Below are positions 25,800 to 39,555 of a stretch of DNA of 64,000 nt, piece after piece; position 1 is the stretch's first letter, and every line of letters starts with the position of its first letter. Under the pieces are notes generated by a model, which saw only the letters and a list, made by a program, of their open reading frames with translations, searched no databases and was not told the DNA's origin. Source of the DNA: Lingula anatina (lineage: Eukaryota > Animalia > Brachiopoda); NCBI GenBank assembly GCA_051362555.1, contig CM120649.1, positions 9,486,001 to 9,550,000 of the forward strand, given 5' to 3'. The position numbers were made by a program, and so were the translations under genes.

Positions 25800-26075
25800 G
25801 TATTCCCAACCAAACTGCGTTGGCCCTACATTGGGCCAACTAATAACCAACATTGGTCCAACAATTACCCAACCTGTAACCAACAGTGTATTTACGTTGG
25901 TCCTACTAATAACCAACATCAGTCCAACGATTACCCAACCAAACTGCGTTGGCCCTACATTGGGCCAACTAATAACCAACATTGGTCCAACAATTACCCA
26001 ACCTGTAACCAACAGTGCAATTACGTTGGTTCTACTAATAACCAACATCAGTCCAACAATTACCCAACCTCAAAC
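25800..26075. repeat. Subterminal ~132-bp tandem duplication of CCAAC-rich motifs
   Basis: cccaaccaaactgcgttggccctacattggg at ~25805 and ~25935; explains the repetitive ORFs 25726 and 25746. Confidence 0.85.
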
Positions 26076-27559
26076 CAACAATGTATCCGCGTTGGCCCAA
26101 CGGTAGGCCAACTGGTCACCAAGTTATCTGCAATTTGCACAACAAATTATGATCCAACCTAAAACCAGGGGCACAGTGATTTACAGTAACCCAACATTGA
26201 GCTAAAGGCACAACCTTTTTTTTTTTTTTGGAATCACATACATAGTAGGGCACTGTAATTACACATCTGATGCACAGGCAGATCAATGTCCTGATGAAAT
26301 ATCTTGAGCATCTGAAATCTGCAAACTGCAAGATATGGCTGAAAAATTGGCAAGGTTTCTAAGGGATGAATCCTTCAGAGGACTTGATCTGCCTGTGATC
26401 ATTTACACTACACCTGGAAAATTGTCAATTAATAATTGTAGTTGAAACAAAAAGATTAGTGATATATTTTGAACTGTTTAATTAATTCATAACATAACAT
26501 AAAACAAATACATTACACCAACTAAATAATGATATGTGAATTGAAATATAATACAAAAAGACAACAAAGATAATTTTAATAAGATATTATAATATTAAAT
26601 TTAAACATTAATAAGTGTGTATTATATCAATTGTTACATGATTCACATCAAAAAAATTTTAACAGTCCTATGACTTTTCACCTTATTCCTGGAGTCAAGG
26701 CATTGTTCTACTAGTAAAGTCTTTTTTGCCCCATTTCAATTTTTAAAAATATTTTCATTAAATTAAATTTTAAACCTGAAACCCTTGTTAATGTCAGGTA
26801 AGATGCTTTTCATAGGAACTTTCATAAGTTATATGTCAAGTCTCTTCCGTCAGGCAAAATCTCAGACATTGTCTCTTTAAAAATCAAATCAGTGGTCATA
26901 TGAGTTCAATCTTTGTGTTTTTTTCTCTCTTTCCTGTCCTGCACCTGCATGATCTTTGGCAAAGCACGATTAGTTAGGTGTATCTTCAACATCTTTTTCT
27001 GAACAGTCACAGAAGAGTGTGCTGCACCTACAAATTTAAATATTAAAAACACTTGAAATATAATGCTAGAATTGGTATGGTACATAACATGACTGTACCT
27101 CTTCCCCCATATTTCATATACAAACTAGTACTAGTAGGTGTGTATTATATGATAATCTCCCCACCTTTTCTAAGTTAGGCAAAAGCCAATATCTTAACTT
27201 TAAAAGTGTGTGTCTTGTGTGCAGTAATTTATAGTGATTTGTTTAAATTAGTTCTTACGTGTACACTTGACCATGAATTCAGTTTTTAGACAACTGTAAT
27301 GTACCACTAAATTCCACATCATTTAATCATTCCAACAACTCTATCACAGAATTTACTGGCCAGGATTCATAAAGACACATAAGAACAATTGGCTTCCAAG
27401 GACTTTTAAGGCTCTAATTCAAATCATTTTCAATGATTTTAACTAATGAGGGCAAGTTATACATTAATACAGTTATATTAAAGTGTACATACCAAAGGAA
27501 AAAGGACTCATTTCATTTAAACTTTGTCTTTGTAACACATTGATGATGAAAAGTTGAAA

Positions 27560-27993
27560 ACAAGGCAGCAAAGCTGTCAAATGTACAGACAAAGAACAGA
27601 AAATAAAGATGCAAATAAGTGAAAAATTAAATTTTCACAAAAAACTGTTAAATTGCCAGAAAAATTTACCAAACAGACTGCGTTGCCTATTGAAGCTGTA
27701 TGTTAGACCCATGTTTCTTTCCTGTAAGTTTGAGAACAGTAAGTGACATGATTTCCCTTAAATGGTCATCATAGGAGCAGTGCCCAAAATAGGGGTTTCT
27801 TCAAATTTTGATGCAACATTACATAATGTTTAACAGCATAATGACAATCAAATGTTATTAATAAAATATTAGTAACATGGACATTCAGAAAATGTGACAA
27901 GCAAAAGTCTTCAAGATCATGGAACTTTAAAGTCACACCTTTAAAATGCCAATATGTGAAAAATTAAATTTTCACACAAAACTGTTTAACTGC

Positions 27994-28042
<49 letters not shown>

Positions 28043-29752
28043 ACAGACTGCATTGCCTACTGAACCTGTATTTTAGCCCCATGTTTCTTTCCTGTAAGTT
28101 TGAGAACAGTAAGTGACATGATTTTCCTTAAATGGTCATCATGGAAGCAGTGCCCAAAATAGGGGTTTCTTCAAATTTTGATGCAATATTACATAATGTT
28201 TAATTATAAAATATTTGTATCACAAATCATGATTGAATCTGACAAACTGCAATGATATGAGTTTATTTCCATTTTTGACACTTTATTACACAATACATGA
28301 TAACAAGTTTACCATGTTTTTTACATAATCAACTAACAATGTTGTAAAGATGCAGGAAATATCAAACAAACACTTTTAGGCATCTTATTAGTTAAATAAT
28401 GAGACTGTTAACATGCCTAATAATTGAATCTGAGGAAATGTGAAAAACAGTATAACTTCTAAAATAATGGCCCGATTATGCTGATTTTCGAACTCAACCT
28501 GCGTTTTAGTAAGATTGACCACTCCTGTGAGTATAATTACAATTGGCCAATCCGTTTTTCTTATATTGTGTTATCAGTGTTGTATTTATATTGAAAATAG
28601 TGAAAAAACGGCATAAATTCCCTAAAAATGGCCCAATCATGCTGATTTTCGAACTTGACCTGCGTATTATGAATATTCATCAGTTCTGTAAGTTTCAAGT
28701 CAAAAGGTAAAATGGTTTTCCACTTATCGTGTTATCGGTGCTGCATATATGCTGAAAAAAGTGAAAAAACAGCATAAATTCCCTAAAAGTGACCCGAACA
28801 TGCTGATTTTCGAACTTGACCTGCGTATTATGAATATTCATCAGTTCTGTAAGTTTCAAGTCAAAAGGTAAAATGGTTTTCCACTTATCGTGTTATCGGT
28901 GCTGCATATATGCTGAAAAAAGTGAAAAAACAGCATAAATTCCCTAAAAGTGACCCGATCATGCTGATTTTCGAACTTGACCTGCGTATTATGAATATTC
29001 ATCAGTTCTGCAAGTTTCAAGTCAAAAGGTAAAATGGTTTTCCACTTATCGTGTTATCGGTAAAAATTGTATAGGCACAATTGTTCTGACCCCCCCCCCC
29101 CCCCCCCCCCCCCCGGTCTTGCAAACTGAGGTAAACAATGCCTGTGACCTTAACAAGTCCTATCTTAATTGTCCATCTAACTGAAACTCCCTTTACCTGA
29201 GTGTTATTTTCAAAGAGCAGCTCCCACAACCCTGGGGACACTAGATAAAATCTGGACACCAGGTTTAAGAAGGAGCTAGAGAAACAAAGGAAAAATTTTG
29301 ACCCAGCTTACCCCTCCAAACTAACAGGGTGACATGGGCAATTTTTACAAACAAATAATTAAACTTAGATGTATCAGAGCTCTGTCGTGTCGTACAATTG
29401 GTTGTTTTTGGTAGCCATGCATACGGATACATGTAAGGTGAATGAAACCGTATGTTAGTTCAACTCAGAGGTGGATCCAGGATTATTGGAAGGGGGTTCC
29501 ACATATGCGAAGCTAGCCTCCTTTTAAATAAATATGCCATTCTGGGTAATAAGAATATGAAAACTTTTTTAATTGCGAGAATATTTCTGACTAAATGATC
29601 ATTTTATTATTAATGGAAATTAAGCTGCGATGTGTGGCACATATGCTGTAATTACGCTGTCCTTCATCTCTTGCGTTAGTCTACATTTTGCTGGGAATTT
29701 TACAAATCTGTGCGTACAATTTTTAAAGGTCTGGTTACGCCCCTGGTACATA
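27560..29752 (-). mobile_element. HINE-like family 1 copy nested in the CMC-like element; head disrupted by a ~680-bp insertion (29066-29745)
   Basis: Starts aacaaggcagcaaagctgtc, has 161-bp repeats at ~28600-29065 and a residual gtacat at 29746-51. The empty site gttgaaa|ataaaagtac is seen at 39534-39550. Confidence 0.75.
29466..29745. mobile_element. MITE-like element with CAG...CTG ends
   Basis: cagaggtggatccag versus ctggttacgcccctg (imperfect TIR); no matching TSD. Confidence 0.5.
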
Positions 29753-30608
29753 ATAAAAGTACAAGTAATGATGTATTAAAAGGTATTACCCCCATCTGTG
29801 AATTATTGTCTGTATTCATCTCAATAAACTACAAAGTTTTAAATAATATTTTTACAAAGACAAAATGCTGAAATGCAAACCTTTTTCAAGCCTAATAGCA
29901 TTTTCAAGTACTTTTCAAAGTTACATTTAAACTAGAGCCATAATGTAACTAGTTACATTTAAACTAGTCCGAAGTGCTGGACTAAATTTGAACACTTTTC
30001 AAGGCTGTATGGATCCTGGTGCATCAGTAAATAATGGGAAAATACACAATTAAAAAGTCACTTACCAGTACATGCTCACTTCTTATCCTGTCTCTTTATC
30101 TCTTCATTTTCTAATTTCCAAAAATATCTTCTTTTTATATCCAGAAATCAATGCTTTCAGCCGTAATTCTTGCCTCTTCCTTAGAACATTTCTGACCTTC
30201 TAGCTTAGATTTTTGAATTGGCTCAACGGTCAGCGCGCTTAGGACTGTGCTATGTATAGTTATTTGACCTGTTTGAGCAGGCAGTAGGCAGACTGTTTAT
30301 ATCAAACTGACAGTTAAGATAAACACCTGGCTTGTAATGAATCTGGTCCAGTGAAAGTTACCAGTGTACTTTAATCAAAAGTCAATTGATGCTAACTATA
30401 AAGTTTAAAATTTATATATTGTGCAATTGTACATTATAATAAGATTTCAATCATTTGTCTGATTTCAATAACAATAATAATAATAGCAATAATAATAAAT
30501 ATTTTTCACAGCATTATTTAAAAATATAAATCTGTTCACTCAGTAATTTTTTATAGGTGAAGTCTATGTACTATACACTATTTCCATTCAGAAAAAAAGA
30601 CAAGATGA

Positions 30609-30646
<38 letters not shown>

Positions 30647-31057
30647 TATATAGCTTGGAAGACAAATAAAAGTAGAACACTGTTTTTTAGCCCAAGGAAT
30701 TTGACAAACTCTTAATAAAAAAAAAAAATTTAATCCTAAAAACTATATGTTACTGATCAATAGATAAGCACATGTGATTCTCAGTTGTGAACAGAAACAT
30801 TTTTATTATAACAGAAACATTATTCAATTCTATTGAGTTGTTAATTGGATACGTTGGCCCAACGTTAGGCCAACGTATGCGACAAATATGCACACGTTGG
30901 CCCAACGTTGGGCCAACGTGAGCATATTGCAGTTATGTTGTGCATATAATGATGTGGTTGGGCCAACGTTGGGCCAACGTATTACTACCAACGCCAACCA
31001 TGTGCCAACAAACCAACGATTCCCCTACGTTGGCCCAACATATGCTTGCTATCTGAA

Positions 31058-34000
31058 TTGCTAAGTGAACCCTCGTCCCCCAACTCTAAACAGTTCACAT
31101 TAACCCTTGTCACCTTGAACACATTAAAACTGATTTGGATTTCAATGACCCATTATCAAATGATAATATCCCGGTTACAATTTAACATATATAGTGGCGG
31201 TGGTCACAATGGGATTGAAGAAAATCACCAGTGCAGCAATATCGTTGTTGCACTGACATGTGCTGAGGCTGCGAGGTTGAAATCATTTCGGCTATCCTCA
31301 GTGTGATGATAATCCAGGAAACACACCTTCATCTCTACTGAAAATAGATGATATATCATCACTTAAACTTTTTATAGACACATACAGTATAGTTACATCA
31401 CAGAAATAACACAGTTATCAGGTTATATTATTTTATTATAATTAACACATACAGAAACAACAAAGTCATTGACAGTGATCAGAATATATACAAACACATT
31501 CAATGTCACAACAGAAAATGCACAGTGATCAAAATGTATTCATGAAATTTGGTCTATATAAAGATTTATCCCCCCCCCCCCCCAACTCCGAACAGTTAAC
31601 ATTAACCATTGTCACCTTTAAATATATATAACTTGAGTGTGATCTAATTAAGTGACCCATTTTTCAAAATAATAATTTCTAAAGGTATAACATATAACGG
31701 CAATGGTCACAATGGGATTAAAGAGAATTGCCAGTGTAGCAATATCATTGTTGTACCGACCTGTGATGAGGCTGCAAGGTTGAGATGAGTTCAGCAGTGC
31801 TCAGAGAGATGATAATCCAGGAAACACACCTTCATCTCTACTGAAAACAGATAATAAATCATCAATAGAAAATATATATGTAGACACATACAGTAGTTAT
31901 AACACAGAAATAACACAGTGATCAAAATATATTATTATATTATAATAAACACATACAGCAACAATAAAGACATATATAGACAGTGATGAGAAAACATACA
32001 GACACATTCTATGTCACAACAGACAATGCATAGGTATCAGAATGAATACATAAAATTTTGTCCATATGAAGATTTATGCTGAGCAAACCCTCACCTCTCC
32101 AACTCCAAACAGTTGACATTAACCCTTGTCTCCTTGAAAATTGAGTGGGATCTAAGTGAACCTTTTCCAAAATAATAATTTCCCAGGTATAACATACAGG
32201 GGCAATGGTCACAATGGGATTGAAGAGAATCGCCAGTGTAGCAATATCATTATTGCACCGACCTGTGGTGATGATGAGAGGTTGAGATGAGTCCAGCTGA
32301 TCAGAATACATACAGACTCATTCAATGTCACAACAGACAATGCACAGGCATCAGAATGTATACACAAAATTTTGTCTATATCAAGATTTTTTGCTAAGCG
32401 CACAACTGCCTCCCACCCCCACCCAAATCTCAATAGTTCACATTAACCCTTTATTGTCACCTTGAGCATATCTAAAACTGAGTACGAATGATATAATGGC
32501 ACAATGTTACAGATATAGAGATTTTTCCCCTGTTCATGTACGTACGTGTTATGTAATACTGTAATATTTTCAAAATACTGGATAAGCTGAACACTTCTTT
32601 GTTTTGAGAAAATTGTATTCTAAAGATTATACAACTTACAAAATTGGCATAGAATTATTTAGTTTAGTTATTTAAAATCAATTTTGAAGTTGTTTGAGTA
32701 ATTTTTAATAATAAATTCTCATATATCTCTCTTACCACACCCTCCCACAAACAAGCTCTCACTCACTCTCCCCCTTCTCTCTCTCTTTCACTCTCTCTCA
32801 CACACACACACACTAACTCTCTCTCTCTTTGTCTGTCTCACACACACACACATTCATACAAACAGAAACACACTAAGACATCATTGAGATTAAATGAAGA
32901 CTTCAGCTTCACTGTAAGGTGCTGCTGCCAAGTGGATAAAGCAAGCACTACATTGTAAAATGCAGCAATGGGAAGAGCATGCCCAAGCAGTAAAGTATCA
33001 TATATTGAAATAGAAAATATGTAACAAACCAAAGGAAAATGAACAAATTGATTTCTATAATTCATTTAAATAAATTGTACACACAATAGCACAGAATTCA
33101 AATGACTGCTCATGAGCGAAAAGTGCACTGTTTAAAATAAACAAGTTGGTAAAATTGACAAAGTCTGCCGGTGTTTATCTGCTGGTTGATTTTATTTAAT
33201 TTGTCCTCTGCTCTTGTTTTGAAAATTTATATTAGAAACATTCTATTGATTTTATATTTTAAAAAGTAAATCCATTGGAATTTCCTTAGAATAATAGGGG
33301 TCTTCATTCCTGGGTCAAAATCTGGTTGGGCCATTTTGGCCCACTTGGTCAAAAAAGTGAGCCATTTTTAAAAAAATGTGTAACGCAGTGATCAAAATAT
33401 ATAATTATATCAGGCCCGTAGCCAGGGGGGTTCGGGGGGTTAGAAAGAACTGCCCCTTTTGCTGGAAAAAGGTCCTTTCTGGATAAAATTTGATCTAGGT
33501 ACATGAAGTTTTCATGGGAAAAGGTCCACATTTTTCCGAATAAGAACCCCCCTTTTGAAATTGCTGGCTACGGGCCTGTATATTATAATAAACACATACA
33601 GTGACAATAAAGACATACATGTGGACAGTGATCAGAATACATAAAGACACATTCAATGTCTCAACAGACAATGCAAATTAAGGCATCAAGATGTATACAT
33701 GAAATTTTGTTTATATCAAGGTGTTTGCTAAGTGAACCCTCGCCCCCCAACTCCAAACAGTTCACATTAACCCTTGTCACCTTGAACATATCAAAACTGA
33801 TTTGGATTTCAATGAACCATTTCCAAATGATAATATCCCTGTTACAATTTAACATATATAGTGGCGTTGGTCACAATGGGATTGAAGAAAATCACCAGTG
33901 CAGCAATAACGTTGTTGCACTGACATGTGCTGAGGCTGCGAGGTTGAGATCATTTCGGCTATCCTCAGTGTGATGATAATCCAGGAAACACACCTCCATC

Positions 34001-35134
34001 TCTACTGAAAATAGATAATATATCATCACTTAAACTTTTTATAGAGACATACAGTATAGTTACATCACAGAAATAACACAGTTATCAGGTTATATTATTT
34101 TATTATAATTAACATATACAGAAACAACAAAGACATTGACAGTGATAAGAATAAATATAAACACATTCAATGTCACAACAGACAATGCACAGTGATCAGA
34201 ATGTATTCATGAAATTAGGTCTATATAAAGATTTATCCCCCCGCCCAACTGCGAACAGTTAACATTAACCATTGTCACCTTAAAATATATATAACTTGAG
34301 TGGGTTCTAATTAAGTTACCCTTTTTCAAAATAATAATTTCTAAAGGTATAACATATAGCGGCAATGGTCACAATGGGATTAAAGAGAATTGCCAGTGTA
34401 GCAATATCATTGTTGTACCGACCTGTGATGAGGCTGCAAGGTTGAGATGAGTTCAGCAGTGCTCAGAGAGATGATAATCCAGGAAACACACCTTCATCTC
34501 TACTGAAAACAGATAATAAATCATCAATAAAAGATATATATGTAGACACATACAGTAGTTATAACACAGAAATAACACAGTGATCAAAATATATTATTAT
34601 ATTATAATACAATGTACAGCAACAATAAAGACATATATAGACAGAGATGAGAATACATACAGACACATTCTATGTAGGTATCAGAATGTATACATAAAAT
34701 TTTGTCCATATGAAGATTTACGCTGAGCAAACCCTCACCTCTCCAACTCCGAACAGTTCACATTAACCCTTGTCTCCTTAAAAATATATAACTGAGTGGG
34801 ATCTAAGTGAACCTTTTCCAAATTAATAATTTCTCAGGTATAACATATAGGGGCAATGGTCACAATGGGATTGAAGAGAATCGCCAGTGTAGCAATATCG
34901 TTATTGCACCGACCTGTGGTGATGATGAGAGGTTGAGATGAGTCCAGCTGATCAGAATACATACAGAATACATACATACTGGATAAGCTGAACACTTCTT
35001 TGTTTTGAGAAAATTGTATTCTAAAGATTATACAACTTACAAAATTGGCATAGAATTATTTAGTTTAGTTATTTAAAATCAATTTTGAAGTTGAAACAAG
35101 CTCTCACTCACTCTCCCCCCCCTCTCTCTATCTT

Positions 35135-35195
<61 letters not shown>

Positions 35196-36109
35196 CTCTC
35201 TCTCTCTTTGTCTGTCTCACACACACACACACACACATTCATACAAACAGAAACACACTAAGACATCATTGAGATTAAATGAAGACTTCAGCTTCACTGT
35301 AAGGTGCTGCTGCCAAGTGGATAAAGCAAGCACTACATTGTAAAATGCAGCAATGGGAAGAGCATGCCCAAGCAGTAAAGTATCATATATTGAAATAGAA
35401 AATATGTAACAAACCAAAGGAAAATGAACAAATTGATTTCTATAATTCATTAAAATAAATTGTACACACAATAGCACAGAATTCAAATGACTGCTCATGA
35501 GCGAAAAGTGCACTGTTTAAAATAAACAAGTTGGTAAAATTGACAAAGTCTGCCGGTGTTTATCTGCTGGTTGATTTCATTTAATTTGCCCTCTGCTCTT
35601 GTTTTAAAAATTTATATTAGAAACATTCTATTGATTTCATATTTTAAAAGGTAAATCTATTGGAATTTCCTTAGAATAATAGGGGTCTTAATTCCTGGGT
35701 CAAAATCTGGTTGGGCCATTTTGGCCCACTTGGTCAAAAAAGTGAGCCACTTTTAAAAAAATGTGTAACGCAGTGATCAAAATATATAATTATATCAGGC
35801 CCGTAGCCAGGGGGGGTTCGGGGGGTTAGAAAGAACCGCCCCTTTTGCTGGAAAAAGGTCCTTTCTGGATAAAATTTGATCTAGGTACAGTACTTGAAGT
35901 TTTCATGGGAAAAGGTCCACATTTTTCCGAATAAGAACCCCCCTTTTGAAATTGCTGGCTATGGGCCTGTATATTATAATAAACACATACAGTGACAATA
36001 AAGACATACATGTGGACAGTAATCAGAATACATACAGACACATTCAATGTCTCAACAGACAATGCAAATTAAGGCATCAAGATGTATACATGAAATTTTG
36101 TTTATATCA
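31058..36109. repeat. Macro-repeat, ~2 units with small internal deletions
   Basis: ORF pairs 31046/33656 and 32838/35217; MITE copies at 33411 and 35796. Confidence 0.93.
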
Positions 36110-36146
36110 GGATTCATACAGACACATAAGAACAATTAGCTTCCAA

Positions 36147-39100
36147 TAGTCTAGTGGGATTTCCACAAAAGATGAATAGTAGGGGCATTTTGGGGTAAAA
36201 GTTGGGAACCAGGCTTATTAGCATAATTTTGGGATGCTGAATCCGATTTACCCGGTTCCCAAGCGAAATTTTGCGTTTTTAATGGTCTAATTTGCAAAAA
36301 AACAAAATGGCCGCCAGATTTCCTATTTTCTGCAATATCTCTGGAACTAGACAAGGGAATATGACAAATGAAGTGTCTTTACCTATATTTTCAGGGTCGA
36401 GGAACATCATTAAGATGTTTCTGTTAGAATTAGATTTACGCAATTTTCCTAAATATGCAAATTAGGATCACCATTACTGAAAAACCGTTTTACTTCTGTA
36501 TCTCTGTAACTAGGAAAGCAAACATGACAAATGAAGTATCTACACCTATGTTCTCAGGGTCAGGGAATGTGATAAATCAGATGTCTTGTCTTATGGGTAG
36601 CACTGACTTTGTGAATCATGTCCGAGTAGCATCTTTTATTGTTTCTTCCCTGTATCTGTCAAACACAAGTCAATCTGCTGATAGTTAGAACCTGCCTTCA
36701 GAACTGCTTTTACGTTAACTAGGCAAGCAAACATGACATATGAAGTGCCCACACCCATGTTTTCAGCGTTAGGGAAAGTGATTAAGACATTTTCACTATA
36801 ATCAAATCAGCAATGAGTGCTACACTGTCACACTGTAGCAATTATTCGAATCTGAATTGAATTCTGCAATTAAATACTGCGCTGCCATTGGGATGTAAAC
36901 ATATTGGATCACACAACTGCCCCTTTTACTTAGATTTAAAAAAAAATTACCTTATTAATGCAGTGGACGGATTTGCTGAATCAAGTAATTCATGTGATGC
37001 AATGTACAGACTTCACATTTAAAATGGATTTTTTTCAAACATTTTCTTTGATTTTTTTCCCATATATTAGTAATGGATGAAAAACACTTGTTATCGTGTT
37101 CGATATGGCTTTAATAAATTAACCTGTGTGAATACATCATCATAAATTTAATTTAAATACGTATTCAAATCAGCGTTATAAACAGCGCATGGATAATTTT
37201 ATAGCTGATAACAAACTGGTATTAAATTCTTATGAACTCGATATTATCAAGAATATCAGTTGGTAAGGATTTTCTCTCACACAAAAGAATCATCAAGACA
37301 AATGTGAAAAATGGAAACTGATGACAACGCGTGCAGCCTCTTCTAACTGCAACCAGAGCCCTCATTCCATGCAGAGAGGTTTCTGAGAATATGATTCAGT
37401 ATTGTGTTACACGCATTAGTCAGAGCTTGCCTAGGCTTGTGCCGATTTGTAGGGTGGATGGGTAAGCTCTTGATTCTGCTAGCGATTTACAGGTTTTCTA
37501 TAGAATTCATGTCAGGGGAATTTCGTCGGCCAAGGCAACTGGTTTACCTCTTGGTTTTGCAGAAAAGCAGTTATTGCATGGGCATGGTGTGGTCGGACAT
37601 TGTCATCTTGCAGGATGAAGTTGTCCTGGAAGTACCTTCTTGCAAATTGCAAGCAAGTATTCTCTAAAATGTCTCTGTATTTTATCTGGTTGGGTTTTCC
37701 GTCAATTGCCACCAATAGTGTTTTGGCTCCAGAGTGGAAACCGGCCCATACACAGTTACTGCCACGGCCACAAGTCACTGTAGTGTGACTCAATCCTCGT
37801 GCAGTAACTCGTCTGGAAACCTACTGACTCTGATTCAGCCATCGCGGTGGTGGAACTGAAACCCTGCCTCATCTGTAAAAATCTACATGAACCCAGTGCT
37901 GTGCCTGGAACCGCAAATGGCGTCTAGCCCACCATGTTGCTCTGTTCATAGAGTTAACCAGCTAAAAGTAGCCTTGCATTCACTAGAGTTCTAGAAACAT
38001 GCTTTTGAATGGTAATTTGCCACTCATTTTGTACAGCAAGAGTTGTCTTTGTTCGGTTGTTGCGACATAACCGCAGAAGCAAGCGGTCTTCCCTTCTGGT
38101 GGTGACATTAGGACGTCCTGACCGTGGTCTCAGACTGTGTTAATACACCAGTCTGGGCGTGTTTCTGTACGACGTTAGAAACTGCTCCCTGGGACACATT
38201 CAGCTGTCTGGCAATAGCAGTTTGCTTCTGTCCATTCTGGCATAATGCAACAATAGTGTGGCAAGTTGCTGCCGTTAGTTCACATACCGTAAGGTCAGCT
38301 AAGAGTCTGCAAAATATCAAACTTCTGACTGGACGTTGCCGAAATATAGAGACTTATTCTGCAGAACTGCTGCCCTTTTATACGCATTCTGTAACCAGCC
38401 AAAGAGGACTGCTCAGACAAACTGTCACATATTACGTAAGGCGGGTCCTGACCCCCCCCCCCCCTTCGAATTCTGGTCCCCCCTTCGAATTCTGGTCCCC
38501 CCTTGAAATTATAATTTTGACTAGCTGAATCATACTTGTAAACCATACCAAATGGCACCGTTCACCCCTTAAATACCAAAATTTTTCGTGGCCCTTCAAC
38601 AGGCCCCTAACCCGTTGCCAAGTTGGGGGGGGGGGGAGGGGGGAGGCTTTGCATCCGCGGACTCCCCCCCTTAAAATAATCCTGGATCCGCCTCTGCTCA
38701 CCTTGCCTTATAATTGATGGGCAAGCACTGGCAATTTCACTGGGAAAGCCTGACAATGCAGTGACCTTTGGTAGTTTGGCTGACACGTAGGCCTACGTAA
38801 GAGCAGTTCTGAAGGCAGGTTCTAACTATCAGCAGATTGACTTGTGTTTGACAGATACAGGGAATTAACAATAAAAGGTGCTACTCGGACATGATTCACA
38901 AAGTCAGTGCTACCCATCAGACAAGAAATCTGATTTATCACATTCCTTGACCCTGAGAACATAGGTGTAGACACTTCATTTGTCATGTTTGCTTGCCTAG
39001 TTACAGAGATACAGAAGTAAACCGTTTTTTCAGTAATGGCGATCCTAATTTGCATATTTAGGAAAATTGAGTAAATCTAATTCTAACAGAAACATCTTAA

Positions 39101-39370
39101 TAATGTTCCTCGACCCTGAAAATATAGGTAAAGACACTTCATTTGTCATATTCCCCTGTCTAGTTCCAGAGATATTGCAGAAAATAGGAAATCTGGCGGC
39201 CATTTTTTTTTTGCAAATTAGACCGTTAAAAACGCAAAATTTCGCTTGGGAACCGGGTAAATCGGATTCAGCATCCCAAAATTATGCTAAGAAGCCTGGT
39301 TCCCAACTTTTACCCCAAAATGCCTCTTGCCTCTTATGCAGAGCCTTTTTTCAAAAATCTCACTAGACTA
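36147..39370. mobile_element. Academ-like non-autonomous DNA transposon with ~560-bp TIRs
   Basis: TAGTCTAGTG...CACTAGACTA termini; 3-bp TSD CAA (empty site cttccaaggact at ~27395). 36180-36710 is the reverse complement of 38800-39325 (ORFs 36455+ and 38822- are near-identical). Confidence 0.82.
37320..38300 (-). pseudogene. Decayed Tc1-family transposase
   Basis: HTH region IARQLNVSQGAVSNVV...GRP; IFTDEAGF (~37870); VWAGF; FILQDDNVRPH; SPDMNSIENL after a frameshift; C-terminal ALVAVRRGCTR. Multiple stops and frameshifts. Confidence 0.85.
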
Positions 39371-39555
39371 CAAGGACTTTTAAGGCTCTAATTCAAATCA
39401 TTTTCAATGATTTTTAACTACTAGTAATGAGGACAAGTTATACATTAATACAGTTATTTTAAAGTGTACATACCAAAGGAAAAAGGACTCATTTCATTTA
39501 AACTTCGTCTTTGTAACACATTGATGATGAAAAGTTGAAAATAAAAGTACAAGTA

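Larger units (their letters stand above)
25651..31055. mobile_element. CCCAG-ended non-autonomous DNA element (CMC/EnSpm-like), copy 1
   Basis: cccagatagcatgcatacgttgggccaacg at left and cgttggcccaacatatgcttgctatctg at right (terminal GG missing). Subterminal arrays of AACGTT/ttggcccaac. The host repeat resumes at ttgctaagtgaac. Confidence 0.7.

Noticed and set aside
25726-26106. Repeat-protein-like ORFs on both strands
   Set aside because: Translation of subterminal CCAAC/AACGTT repeats of a DNA transposon.
27995-28036. Poly(A) run as a retrocopy tail
   Set aside because: It corresponds to the (AAAT)n tract at ~219-246 in the sister HINE copy; a simple-repeat expansion.
36151-39366. Pairs of near-identical ORFs on opposite strands (36151/39067, 36455/38822)
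   Set aside because: Artefact of the long TIRs; no coding signal.
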